Assembly: GCA_964564905.1 (NCBI GenBank) | Contig: CAZMCI010000001.1 | Coordinates: forward strand, 7,986-71,985 | DNA: 64,000 nucleotides | DNA from: Candidatus Hadarchaeota archaeon | GTDB taxonomy: Archaea; Hadarchaeota; Hadarchaeia; Hadarchaeales; Hadarchaeaceae | Reading direction: 5' to 3' | Shown: piece by piece, positions 19,168 through 26,491 of the stretch | How the letters are laid out: the number at the start of each line of letters is the position of its first letter | Numbering within the stretch: position 1 is the first letter of the stretch | Made by a program: the position numbers and the translations under genes | Notes under the pieces: generated by a model | Databases searched by the model: none | What the model was told of the DNA's origin: nothing | The model's input: only the letters and a program-made list of their open reading frames with translations

Positions 19168-19800
19168 TTACTCAGCTTTCTTTTCATCTCTTGTTTCAGC
19201 TTCCGGTTCAGTTTTTATCTCGCTGGATTTTTCCACCTCTTTTCCAAGTAATAACCCGAGAAGGGTACGTTGATCGATCTCCGCACGGGTGCGCCATCCG
19301 ATATAGAGCAACCCCTCATCGTCCTCGCTCAGGTACCCCCTCCTGATGAAGCGATCAATAGTTGACTCAATACGCCAGCGCGGAAATTTCTCCTCGAGCA
19401 CCCGCTCCACCTCCTTCAGCTGAGCCTTTCCCCCCTTTGCAAGGATATGGGAGAGGGCCACCGTAAGCATCGCCATGTCATCGATTCTCCACCCGAACGT
19501 TCTCGCTTCCGTGAGTCTCGGATGGCCTTTGAGAGTGACAAAGTAACGATCCGATTCCGATCCCTCTTCACCCTCACTTACATGTTTCACCATCAGACCA
19601 AGCTTCCCCAATTCAGCATCGAGTAGCTTCAAAATCTCTCGATATTCTCTGCCCAGCGCCCGCTTCAACTCCCAGGTCTTTGCCCCGGGTTGCATATGAT
19701 GTCTGAACAAAAGCAGCTGAGCCGCGCGCGCAAGTTTTTCCCTCAGCTCCAAGATCTCACGGTCTTCACCCATGTTTTCTCCTCTCGAGCCATTCCTCAC
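19168..19800 (-). CDS. ScpB-like protein (two predicted winged-helix domains), last gene of the smc-like/scpA operon
   Basis: Position and size fit ScpB; weak direct similarity. Overlaps the scpA stop. Confidence 0.4.
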   Translation of the reverse strand: MRNGSRGENMGEDREILELREKLARAAQLLLFRHHMQPGAKTWELKRALGREYREILKLLDAELGKLGLMVKHVSEGEEGSESDRYFVTLKGHPRLTEARTFGWRIDDMAMLTVALSHILAKGGKAQLKEVERVLEEKFPRWRIESTIDRFIRRGYLSEDDEGLLYIGWRTRAEIDQRTLLGLLLGKEVEKSSEIKTEPEAETRDEKKAE

Positions 19801-20557
19801 GTGAAATGGATATCGGAATCGAAAACGTGGCGACCTGTTCCAGCTTTTCTGGCTTTGGAAGTGGTCTGAGTACTATCTCCTCTTCAAGCGGCTTGAGTTC
19901 AAGTGTGGCGTATCCGTAACTGACTAGAAAACTCACCAGCCAAGCTTTGAGCACCGTATCCTCAAAACTCTCCTCGGATATGAAATCCCAATAGGACATT
20001 TCCCCCCTGTCGCCAGCGGAGTCCTTCAGTTCCCTCCACGTTTTGTCCAACATGGCAGCAAAATCCTCGTCCGAGAGTATCCCCATTCGGGCCAGTTCTC
20101 TGCGTGCTACCTCGCCAGTCAAAATCTCCACCGTCTCCAAGTCACGCCAACGCTCATCCAGACTGGGCAGATTTGTCCAGTACTCTCTAGCCTCCCTTAT
20201 TCCGGGGGGTGAAAGACATTCCAAGTCGATGATGGGATGCCATGCACGCACCAAGATCTCCGCCAAATCTTTTATGGACAACGCGTGTAGCTTTAGCATT
20301 ATCAACAGGGGATCTAAGTAAAGCATCGACGATTTGTGTTTGATCCATTCCTCCTGCTGAAAAACGACCTCTGCCAGACCAAGCACAGCTTGGATGTCCA
20401 GATAAAGCTCACTCTGTTTTTGGAGTTTCGGTAAAAGCTCCCTAAGCCTATCAAAGAACTCACGGACTTCCACGTCAAACGGATCCAATCCCCTCTTCCT
20501 CACGGAATCGCAAAGATCGATTATCCTGAGCATCAACTCTTGCTGTTCACCCCTCAT
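19766..20557 (-). CDS. scpA: Segregation and condensation protein A (kleisin ScpA)
   Basis: N-terminal ScpA-like helix pair ending ...HKSSML (IKS-type motif); C-terminal winged helix FLVSYGYATLE; 263 aa. Confidence 0.6.
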   Translation of the reverse strand: MRGEQQELMLRIIDLCDSVRKRGLDPFDVEVREFFDRLRELLPKLQKQSELYLDIQAVLGLAEVVFQQEEWIKHKSSMLYLDPLLIMLKLHALSIKDLAEILVRAWHPIIDLECLSPPGIREAREYWTNLPSLDERWRDLETVEILTGEVARRELARMGILSDEDFAAMLDKTWRELKDSAGDRGEMSYWDFISEESFEDTVLKAWLVSFLVSYGYATLELKPLEEEIVLRPLPKPEKLEQVATFSIPISISREEWLERRKHG

Positions 20558-22477
20558 CTAAACCGCCACCTTCACTCGGGAAGCACCTGCGAGATTTTGG
20601 ACTGTTATCACGTGAGGCACACCCTCCAGGCTCACCAGCTGACCGGGAGTTATAACAATGTACTGGGTCTTCTCCCCCTTCATAAAATCTATGATCCCAG
20701 AAAATATCGCCTCCCGGTTGCGTGGATCGAGATGAGCCTCAAATTCATCAATCGCGCGGATCGGTGATTGAATCCGTTGTTGAAGCGCCAGCAGAAAACA
20801 CATGATCGCGGTGGTGCGTTCTCCTCCACTTTGAGTGTACGCATCGAGCACCTGAGGCGCCGCGCCTTTAAACCCAACGAGTAACTCCAGCCCAGCTTCA
20901 TCTATGTCCTGGAGATTGACCGCTCGAACGTCGCCAACTGCGTGAACCTTTTCCAACACTTCAGCATACTTTTTCTTGAGTTCCCGGAACAACTCATTTA
21001 TCTCGTCGACCCATCGCTGTTTTCTCAGCTCCAACTCCTCAAGTGCCCGACGTCGATTTGCCGCGGCAACTTCGGCCTTTGCCTCCAGTTCTTTCAACGT
21101 GCTTCTGTAGTTCAGATACATCCGTTCAACATCGGGGGATACGTCGGCAAGATTTGCAAGCTTCATGTTCGTGAACTTCAGCTCGTCCAAGACCTCCTGA
21201 GGCTTTCGCTTGGTCTCTACCCTGGGACCTATTCTCTTGGCCTCATTCTCGAGTTGTTCGAGCTCTCGTCTGACCCTGCGCAGCTCTGACCGAGCTGCAG
21301 AAACGTCCCTTTCGAGGAGTTCTCGTCTGAGACCAAGAACCGCTCCTCTGACTCGGGAGCTGACATAGCTCTCATGAACTTGCTCATTTTCCTCCTTTAT
21401 CCTGACGAGCTTGGACCTCGTCTCCTTAGCGTGCGTGCCGGCCTCGACGGAACTCCTCCGAGCCCGCTCGAGCTCTGCTGAGAAACTTTTCACCATTTCC
21501 TCTGGTTCTGCTCCGACCGATCGCAGAGAGCTGCGGATCCACTCCATCAGCTTGACCCTTGCCTCCGATTCGGCCTGTATTCGTTCTTGTTCGATCAATC
21601 TTTGATACGCGCTGTCCAGCTCAAATTCCAGTTCCCTGAGCTTCTTTTCCAACTCCCGTTGCTTTTTGGAGTTTTCACTCAACTCTCCGATGACCTCTTC
21701 TAACTCACCGTTTAATTCATCTAGTTTTGAGTGGAGGGTTCCAGCCACTTCTTCCTGTCTGATGCATTTGGCCCAAGCGTATTCGAGCTCCAGCTTGTTC
21801 TTCATCTCTACGAGTTCCTGCTTTTTCCGAAAACGATGGTATTCTCCCTCCCAATAACGCAGAGTCTCACGGGCTTTTTCAAGCAGGTTTCGGGTGGACT
21901 CCTCCTCACTAAGTGTATGGGAAAGTTTTTCCCTAGCCTCCAAGATCCGTTCGCGGTACTCCCGAAGGCCCACGGCCTCTTCCACAAGCGTCAACCGTTC
22001 GGTGGGATCTATCGCTCCAAATAGGTCAACCATATTCTGATGCATTATGATGAGCATGTTATCCGGGTTGATCGAAAGCCGGCGAAGGAGCCTCAGGACC
22101 TCCCCCTTGGTAACGGTCCTGCCATTTATCTCGTGCCAGTATGTACCATCTCGACTTAGGTAGCGAGAAAGCACGATCGTGTCTGAATTTATGCTGGGGA
22201 TGGGGCGCTTATCGTTGTTGGTGGAGTTGTCGAAGACTATACTAACACGTCCGAGATCCTTTCCCCTACGGATGAGGTCACTGAGCTTTCTGGAGCGTTC
22301 AGTATAGGTCTGTCCCAAGGCCACGGCCAAACCAAGCAATATGGAGGACTTGCCCGCACCATTGGGTCCGCAGATCAAATTGAGTCCGGGACTAAGGGGA
22401 ACCCTGGAATACTCGTGGGACATGAAATTTTCGAGGATGATCTCCCGGACCAAGGCCCTCGTAGGCATGGATACCAA
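20558..22477 (-). CDS. Short SMC-like ATPase (639 aa): Walker A/B head split by a ~330-aa coiled coil, no hinge domain
   Basis: GPNGAGKSS Walker A; signature motif QSGGERT; Walker B/D-loop AIDEFEAHLD; heptad-rich middle. Directly upstream of scpA-scpB on the same strand. Confidence 0.7.
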   Translation of the reverse strand: MVSMPTRALVREIILENFMSHEYSRVPLSPGLNLICGPNGAGKSSILLGLAVALGQTYTERSRKLSDLIRRGKDLGRVSIVFDNSTNNDKRPIPSINSDTIVLSRYLSRDGTYWHEINGRTVTKGEVLRLLRRLSINPDNMLIIMHQNMVDLFGAIDPTERLTLVEEAVGLREYRERILEAREKLSHTLSEEESTRNLLEKARETLRYWEGEYHRFRKKQELVEMKNKLELEYAWAKCIRQEEVAGTLHSKLDELNGELEEVIGELSENSKKQRELEKKLRELEFELDSAYQRLIEQERIQAESEARVKLMEWIRSSLRSVGAEPEEMVKSFSAELERARRSSVEAGTHAKETRSKLVRIKEENEQVHESYVSSRVRGAVLGLRRELLERDVSAARSELRRVRRELEQLENEAKRIGPRVETKRKPQEVLDELKFTNMKLANLADVSPDVERMYLNYRSTLKELEAKAEVAAANRRRALEELELRKQRWVDEINELFRELKKKYAEVLEKVHAVGDVRAVNLQDIDEAGLELLVGFKGAAPQVLDAYTQSGGERTTAIMCFLLALQQRIQSPIRAIDEFEAHLDPRNREAIFSGIIDFMKGEKTQYIVITPGQLVSLEGVPHVITVQNLAGASRVKVAV

Positions 22478-22653
22478 CTTAATTTATGTATTCAAGTGTG
22501 AACTACCCCCAGCTTTCGCAGGGGGCTTCCTGCTTCAGCAGCGGGGCCTGTTTTTGATGGGTAAAGACGGAACCTGTACGAGAGCATTAACTCATCCCTC
22601 ATGTATTTAGCCGGGGGTTCTTTATATAGGAAAACTCGGCTTCTCCGCTCCCT

Positions 22654-22690
22654 CCCTTTCAAAAGGGAACTTCTCGGCGGTAAAGTTAAA
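22654..22690 (+). promoter_or_regulatory. Palindrome CCCTTTCAAAAGGG followed by CGGCGGTAAAGTTAAA (BRE/TATA candidate) upstream of the hypothetical gene at 22725
   Basis: Motif shared with the sepF, psmB and minD upstream regions. Confidence 0.35.
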
Positions 22691-22724
22691 GGAAGTCCAG
22701 TATTTAAATGTGGGGGGTAACTCG

Positions 22725-23429
22725 ATGGTGCTGGTAGCCAAGGTATTCGAATTTAAAGAACCCATAGAACTGTCCATCGCGGCCAAGAAGCTCAAAGATT
22801 TTTCGGAGGAGGAACCATACGAATCCGGAGATAAAAGCACAAAGCTCACCACGGAGATACTCGACCTAAAAATGGAAGGAGAGGTGCTCAGAGGGGTTTT
22901 CAGCAGGGATTTCGTGCTCAGCCGATATTACAAGAGGGGCCTCGTGGAGACCGTGGTCACGGAGGAGGTGCCCTTCCTCATCAAACGGTCTGGTGGGAGA
23001 ACTTTCTTGGTGGTACTCGCACCGTCAAAGGCCCGTGGTGTGAAGAAACTGCTAACCAACTACGTGGCAAACAAGCTCAGCGAGATCCTGTTCATAAAAA
23101 CCGGTGCGATCGTCGAGGTGAAGATCACACACGAGACACTAAAGAACCTACACGAGTCCAACCCTCGGGCGACCAAGCTGATCTGGTTTGATGATGTAGA
23201 CATCCCGGATATAGGAAAGCTCGCCCTCGCGGGATCTGGGCTCGCAGATACCAAGCTTTATCACGAGTATCTAAAACACGGGAAGATATGGTACTGTGTG
23301 TTCGAGGTGCAGAAACGTGGGTTCACGGTAGGAATAACCAGGAATTGTGTGGTAACACTGTTCACGCAAATCGACCCCGAGGAGTTCATCAATTACATTA
23401 TGAATGACGTGCTGCCGCTAATTTCTTAG
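22725..23429 (+). CDS. Hypothetical protein (234 aa from ATG 22725; the ORF track starts at GTG 22710)
   Basis: No recognisable domain. Divergent from the SMC-like operon and carries the shared promoter motif. Confidence 0.5.
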   Translation: MVLVAKVFEFKEPIELSIAAKKLKDFSEEEPYESGDKSTKLTTEILDLKMEGEVLRGVFSRDFVLSRYYKRGLVETVVTEEVPFLIKRSGGRTFLVVLAPSKARGVKKLLTNYVANKLSEILFIKTGAIVEVKITHETLKNLHESNPRATKLIWFDDVDIPDIGKLALAGSGLADTKLYHEYLKHGKIWYCVFEVQKRGFTVGITRNCVVTLFTQIDPEEFINYIMNDVLPLIS

Positions 23430-23440
23430 GAGGGTTTTTG

Positions 23441-23465
23441 TGGTGCAGCTGGCGGGATTCGAACC
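23441..23465 (-). other. tRNA 3'-end-like fragment (acceptor 3' strand + CCA + T-loop GGTTCGAATCC); putative attachment-site remnant, not an intact tRNA
   Basis: The minus strand reads ...GGTTCGAATCCCGCCAGCTGCACCA. No complementary 5' acceptor strand nearby, and the T-stem does not pair. Confidence 0.4.
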
Positions 23466-23608
23466 TCACAACCCTTATTTTGGATAGGATGTTTTCATAC
23501 CGGTATACCAAAAAGCTTTTTCTTTCTGTTTTTGTATATTATGCTCTATTTGTATATTTATATAACAAAAGTCTTAAATATCTAATTTTGTCATATTAAT
23601 ATGAAAAC

Positions 23609-23974
23609 ATGAAAATTGAGGACCATATTCAGAAGCTGAAAGCTATGGAGAAGACATTTGATAAACTGGACGGGCAATCAGACTATGAAGCTATAGTCGA
23701 GCTCTGCATGCTGATTTCTGCACATTATACAAACGCCGCGTTGCACAGACTTAATGTAACACCGACCGACAGAGACATCAAACATAACAAGCTGGCTGGT
23801 GAAATAACCCGGCGGCGCGTGGAGGAGCTTTTCAGCGTCGCAGAAGCAACCAGTGCGCTTGAACAGCTCAGGCCAAGGCACATTTACGGCAAGGGCACCG
23901 ACGGAGAAGTTGCTAGGAGAGCTTTGGAGAACCTGAGGAGGGTTCGAGATACATGTATGCAGGTACTCGACTAA
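23609..23974 (+). CDS. Small helical protein, possible HEPN-like partner of the downstream nucleotidyltransferase
   Basis: 121 aa, overlaps the MNT gene by 22 nt, RDIKH motif; gene order typical of HEPN/MNT modules. Confidence 0.3.
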   Translation: MKIEDHIQKLKAMEKTFDKLDGQSDYEAIVELCMLISAHYTNAALHRLNVTPTDRDIKHNKLAGEITRRRVEELFSVAEATSALEQLRPRHIYGKGTDGEVARRALENLRRVRDTCMQVLD

Positions 23975-24546
23975 GGGACCTGTTTGACTTCGGGGAAAGC
24001 GTCGGGAAACTTCCCAACGTGCTGGCCGTAACGCTGTTCGGAAGCGCCGCTAGGGGTGAGGCGACAATCGAGAGCGACATCGATGTCGCTGTGATCTATG
24101 CGAGGAAAAACGATGCTGTCATGAAGCAGGTTGAGAGGCTGGCTCCGCCACGCGTCCACGTGGTGCATGTCACCACCAAAGAGCTCGCAAAAAATATCTC
24201 GTTGGGAGGCGCGCTGAGCGGAGAGGCGCTCCTCCTGTTCGGAAAACCCGTGATGATACAGGCGCAAAAACTCAAGCTCAGGCCCATGATGATAATCGCC
24301 TACGATACCACCGGGCTCGACCAAAACACTAGGAACAAACTGAACCACGCGCTATACGGCAGGGCGTACAGAGGAAGCGGGCGCGGGGGGAAACTTTACA
24401 GGTACGAGGGAATCGCGACGCGCCCAGGCATTTTAAAACTCGGTAAAGCTGTGTTGTTAATCCCTCGAGAGAATACATCGATTATCACGAAAACTCTTGA
24501 AGCCCACGGTGCGAAATGGCAGGAAATTCCGGTCTGGACGTACTGA
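23953..24546 (+). CDS. Pol-beta-superfamily nucleotidyltransferase (MNT-like)
   Basis: LFGSAARGEATIESDIDVAVIY (GS...SD[IV]D motif). Confidence 0.7.
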   Translation: MYAGTRLRDLFDFGESVGKLPNVLAVTLFGSAARGEATIESDIDVAVIYARKNDAVMKQVERLAPPRVHVVHVTTKELAKNISLGGALSGEALLLFGKPVMIQAQKLKLRPMMIIAYDTTGLDQNTRNKLNHALYGRAYRGSGRGGKLYRYEGIATRPGILKLGKAVLLIPRENTSIITKTLEAHGAKWQEIPVWTY

Positions 24547-24619
24547 TCTGGAAAAATTGATGCGGCCGTATTTGGTCATAGACATAAATATGCTGTCTCA
24601 TCATTCACCCGTTTGAAAC

Positions 24620-24647
24620 TTGGTGCGGCCAGCGGGCATTCGAACCC
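24620..24647 (-). other. Second tRNA 3'-end-like fragment (TTGGTGCGGCCAGCGGGCATTCGAACCC)
   Basis: The minus strand reads GGGTTCGAATGCCCGCTGGCCGCACCAA; incomplete tRNA features. Confidence 0.35.
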
Positions 24648-24676
24648 TAGAAAAGGTTAGTCCAAAGATCGAGAAG

Positions 24677-24713
24677 TGTAGTACGTAACATTTAAAAACT
24701 TGTAGTACGTAAC
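24677..24713 (+). promoter_or_regulatory. Two direct copies of TGTAGTACGTAAC flanking a TTTAAAAA TATA-like box, 10-45 nt upstream of the putative antitoxin gene; probable operator/promoter
   Basis: Exact 13-nt repeat at 24677-24689 and 24701-24713. Confidence 0.4.
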
Positions 24714-24721
24714 TGATATCG

Positions 24722-24982
24722 GTGAATCTCGTGGTGCACGTCAGACTCAGGACAATTAAAGGCAACAAATATTTTTACCTTTACACATCCGAGCGCATCG
24801 GTGGCCAGCCCAGATCTAAGTACATCGCCTACTTGGGTCGTGCGGGTTCGAACGTGGGCCGCAGGTTGCCGAGAAAATACAGATCCCGTGAGCTTGTGGA
24901 ACGGGTCAGAGCACTCGAGTTCGATGCGAGGTTAGACGAGATACTCAAAAAAAGACATGATGTGATGGTGAGACTCGGGTGA
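24722..24982 (+). CDS. Small basic protein, putative antitoxin of the downstream Fic/Doc protein
   Basis: 86 aa, 4-nt overlap with the Doc-family gene. Confidence 0.35.
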   Translation: MNLVVHVRLRTIKGNKYFYLYTSERIGGQPRSKYIAYLGRAGSNVGRRLPRKYRSRELVERVRALEFDARLDEILKKRHDVMVRLG

Positions 24983-25443
24983 CAACAGATCCGGATTGTC
25001 TAAGAACGGAAGAAATACTCAAAATCAACCAGGAACTCGCCAGACGGGACTTTCCATACACGGGGTCTGATGAATATCCAGTCAGAAAGGAAAAAATAGA
25101 ACATTTGGTTAGAGCCGTCCCGTCCCGGAGCCCGATCGATGTCGCAGCATATTACCTTAAGAACTTGCCACTGCTTCAGCCTTTTCCCGACGGCAACCAC
25201 CGGACCGCGCTAATCGCAGTAGAGATATTTTTGGAACGAAAAGGATATCGCTTTGACTACACCGAGGAAGAGGCGAATCAGCTAAGGAACCAGATGCTGA
25301 GCCTGCAGTTCAAGCTCTACGGCACTTACGAGGAGTTGCCGGAAGCGGTGACTGAAGAGCCTGACAATGAACTTTTCCGTCTGTGCCGCGATTTCATAAA
25401 AAAACACGCAATACGCGGCCGTCCCAAAACCCAGTCGAAGTAG
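24979..25443 (+). CDS. Fic/Doc-family protein (death-on-curing-like toxin)
   Basis: Fic/Doc motif PFPDGNHRTALIA (HxFx[DN]GNxR-like). Confidence 0.65.
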   Translation: MTTDPDCLRTEEILKINQELARRDFPYTGSDEYPVRKEKIEHLVRAVPSRSPIDVAAYYLKNLPLLQPFPDGNHRTALIAVEIFLERKGYRFDYTEEEANQLRNQMLSLQFKLYGTYEELPEAVTEEPDNELFRLCRDFIKKHAIRGRPKTQSK

Positions 25444-25454
25444 GTTGTCTTGAA

Positions 25455-25472
25455 TTTGGTGCGGCCGGCGGG
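25455..25472 (-). other. Third, degenerate tRNA-acceptor-like fragment (TTTGGTGCGGCCGGCGGG) inside a TTGAATT/AATTCAA inverted repeat
   Basis: Shares TTGGTGCGGCC.GCGGG with the fragment at 24620. Confidence 0.25.
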
Positions 25473-25606
25473 TAGTGGATTTCAATTCAAACTTATCAGA
25501 CCAAATTCCCCTTACGCGAATGATTTTAGTGGACTCTTGTAACGGGTCTCCGAATCTAACGCAAATATAATAACTGGGGGGGACATAAGTATTGAATTGG
25601 TTGAGA

Positions 25607-26440
25607 TAGATGCTGTTAACTTAGCACCTCCATCCACGTTCTGAAACCTCCTTCGCCGCCGCTCGGTGGCCAGCCTAACGACATGTGTTGCCTGCATTTG
25701 TTGTACCAAAAACAGAAAACCACGGCAAAGTTTTGAATCGTCTTCAATCGCTGGGTCGGGAAGTAGCAGTCAAACGCGCGCAACCTATCCTTGAACGTCT
25801 CGAACCAGCGCTCGATGTGGTTGCGCTCTCCGCCGCACATCACGATGTGCTTCAGTCCAAGCCGCCGCGTCGGCCATCGGTACCAGGGACCACCATCGGT
25901 GATGATAACTGGCTTCCCCTTGCAGTAGCGAAGGCAGCGCTTGAGGAATCTCAGCGTATCGATGCTCTCCCGGTACTTTGTCGCCAGCAGATATACGATC
26001 TCGCGATTTTCGGGGTCTACGGCCCCAAAAACGTAAATCCAGCCGCTTTTCGTGCGGATCTTGGTCTCGTCGACGACGAGGCAGCGCCTCCGCCTCCGTC
26101 TGAACACACGTTCCTTCAGGACCTGTCCGAGTTTCTGGACCCACTTCCAGATCGCCACATGCGATACTCGTGCGCCCAAATCACGTAGGAGTTCCTTGAG
26201 CCTGCGGAGGCTGGATCCTTGCGCGTAGAGATACGAGGTGAAGACTTTCACCTCCAGTGCCACGCGCTTGCGCACGAAAATGCTTTTTGTCTGTTGACCC
26301 AACAGACTACTTGGGGCCAGGTGGGTAAGGAACTCTTTGAGTTCCGACGACATTGGAAATCACCTCCTATGTGTCCCCCACCGCCCCAAATCCAGCAAAG
26401 AATATCTCTAGGAGGAAAATCTTAAGTTAACAGCATCCAT
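25607..26440 (-). mobile_element. IS6-family insertion sequence (~830 bp) with 15-bp terminal inverted repeats GATGCTGTTAACTTA
   Basis: The left end at 25609-25623 and the reverse complement of the right end at 26421-26438 share GATGCTGTTAACTTA. Single DDE transposase ORF inside. No clear target-site duplication. Confidence 0.7.
25616..26353 (-). CDS. IS6-family DDE transposase
   Basis: VVDETKIRTKSGWIYVFGAVD...ITDGGPWY...HIERWFETFKDRL matches the IS6 D-D-E arrangement; 245 aa. Confidence 0.75.
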   Translation of the reverse strand: MSSELKEFLTHLAPSSLLGQQTKSIFVRKRVALEVKVFTSYLYAQGSSLRRLKELLRDLGARVSHVAIWKWVQKLGQVLKERVFRRRRRRCLVVDETKIRTKSGWIYVFGAVDPENREIVYLLATKYRESIDTLRFLKRCLRYCKGKPVIITDGGPWYRWPTRRLGLKHIVMCGGERNHIERWFETFKDRLRAFDCYFPTQRLKTIQNFAVVFCFWYNKCRQHMSLGWPPSGGEGGFRTWMEVLS

Positions 26441-26491
26441 TTAGAAGGTAAAATAAAGTAATTGCACATCTTATAAACAATAGAGATAAAG

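Noticed and set aside
24546-24620. Possible C/D-box sRNA (AATGATGA on the minus strand) between the MNT gene and the tRNA-like fragment
   Set aside because: No convincing D box (CTGA) or C'/D' at the right spacing.
23441-25472. Three tRNA-like segments as intact (possibly intron-containing) tRNA genes
   Set aside because: No complementary 5' acceptor strand within 150 nt, and the T-stem halves do not pair. They are treated as att-site-like fragments only.
25685-26188. Plus-strand ORFs of 167 aa (and a minus-strand 119-aa overlapping ORF) inside the IS6 element
   Set aside because: Antisense or alternative-frame to the transposase, which has a clear DDE motif arrangement.
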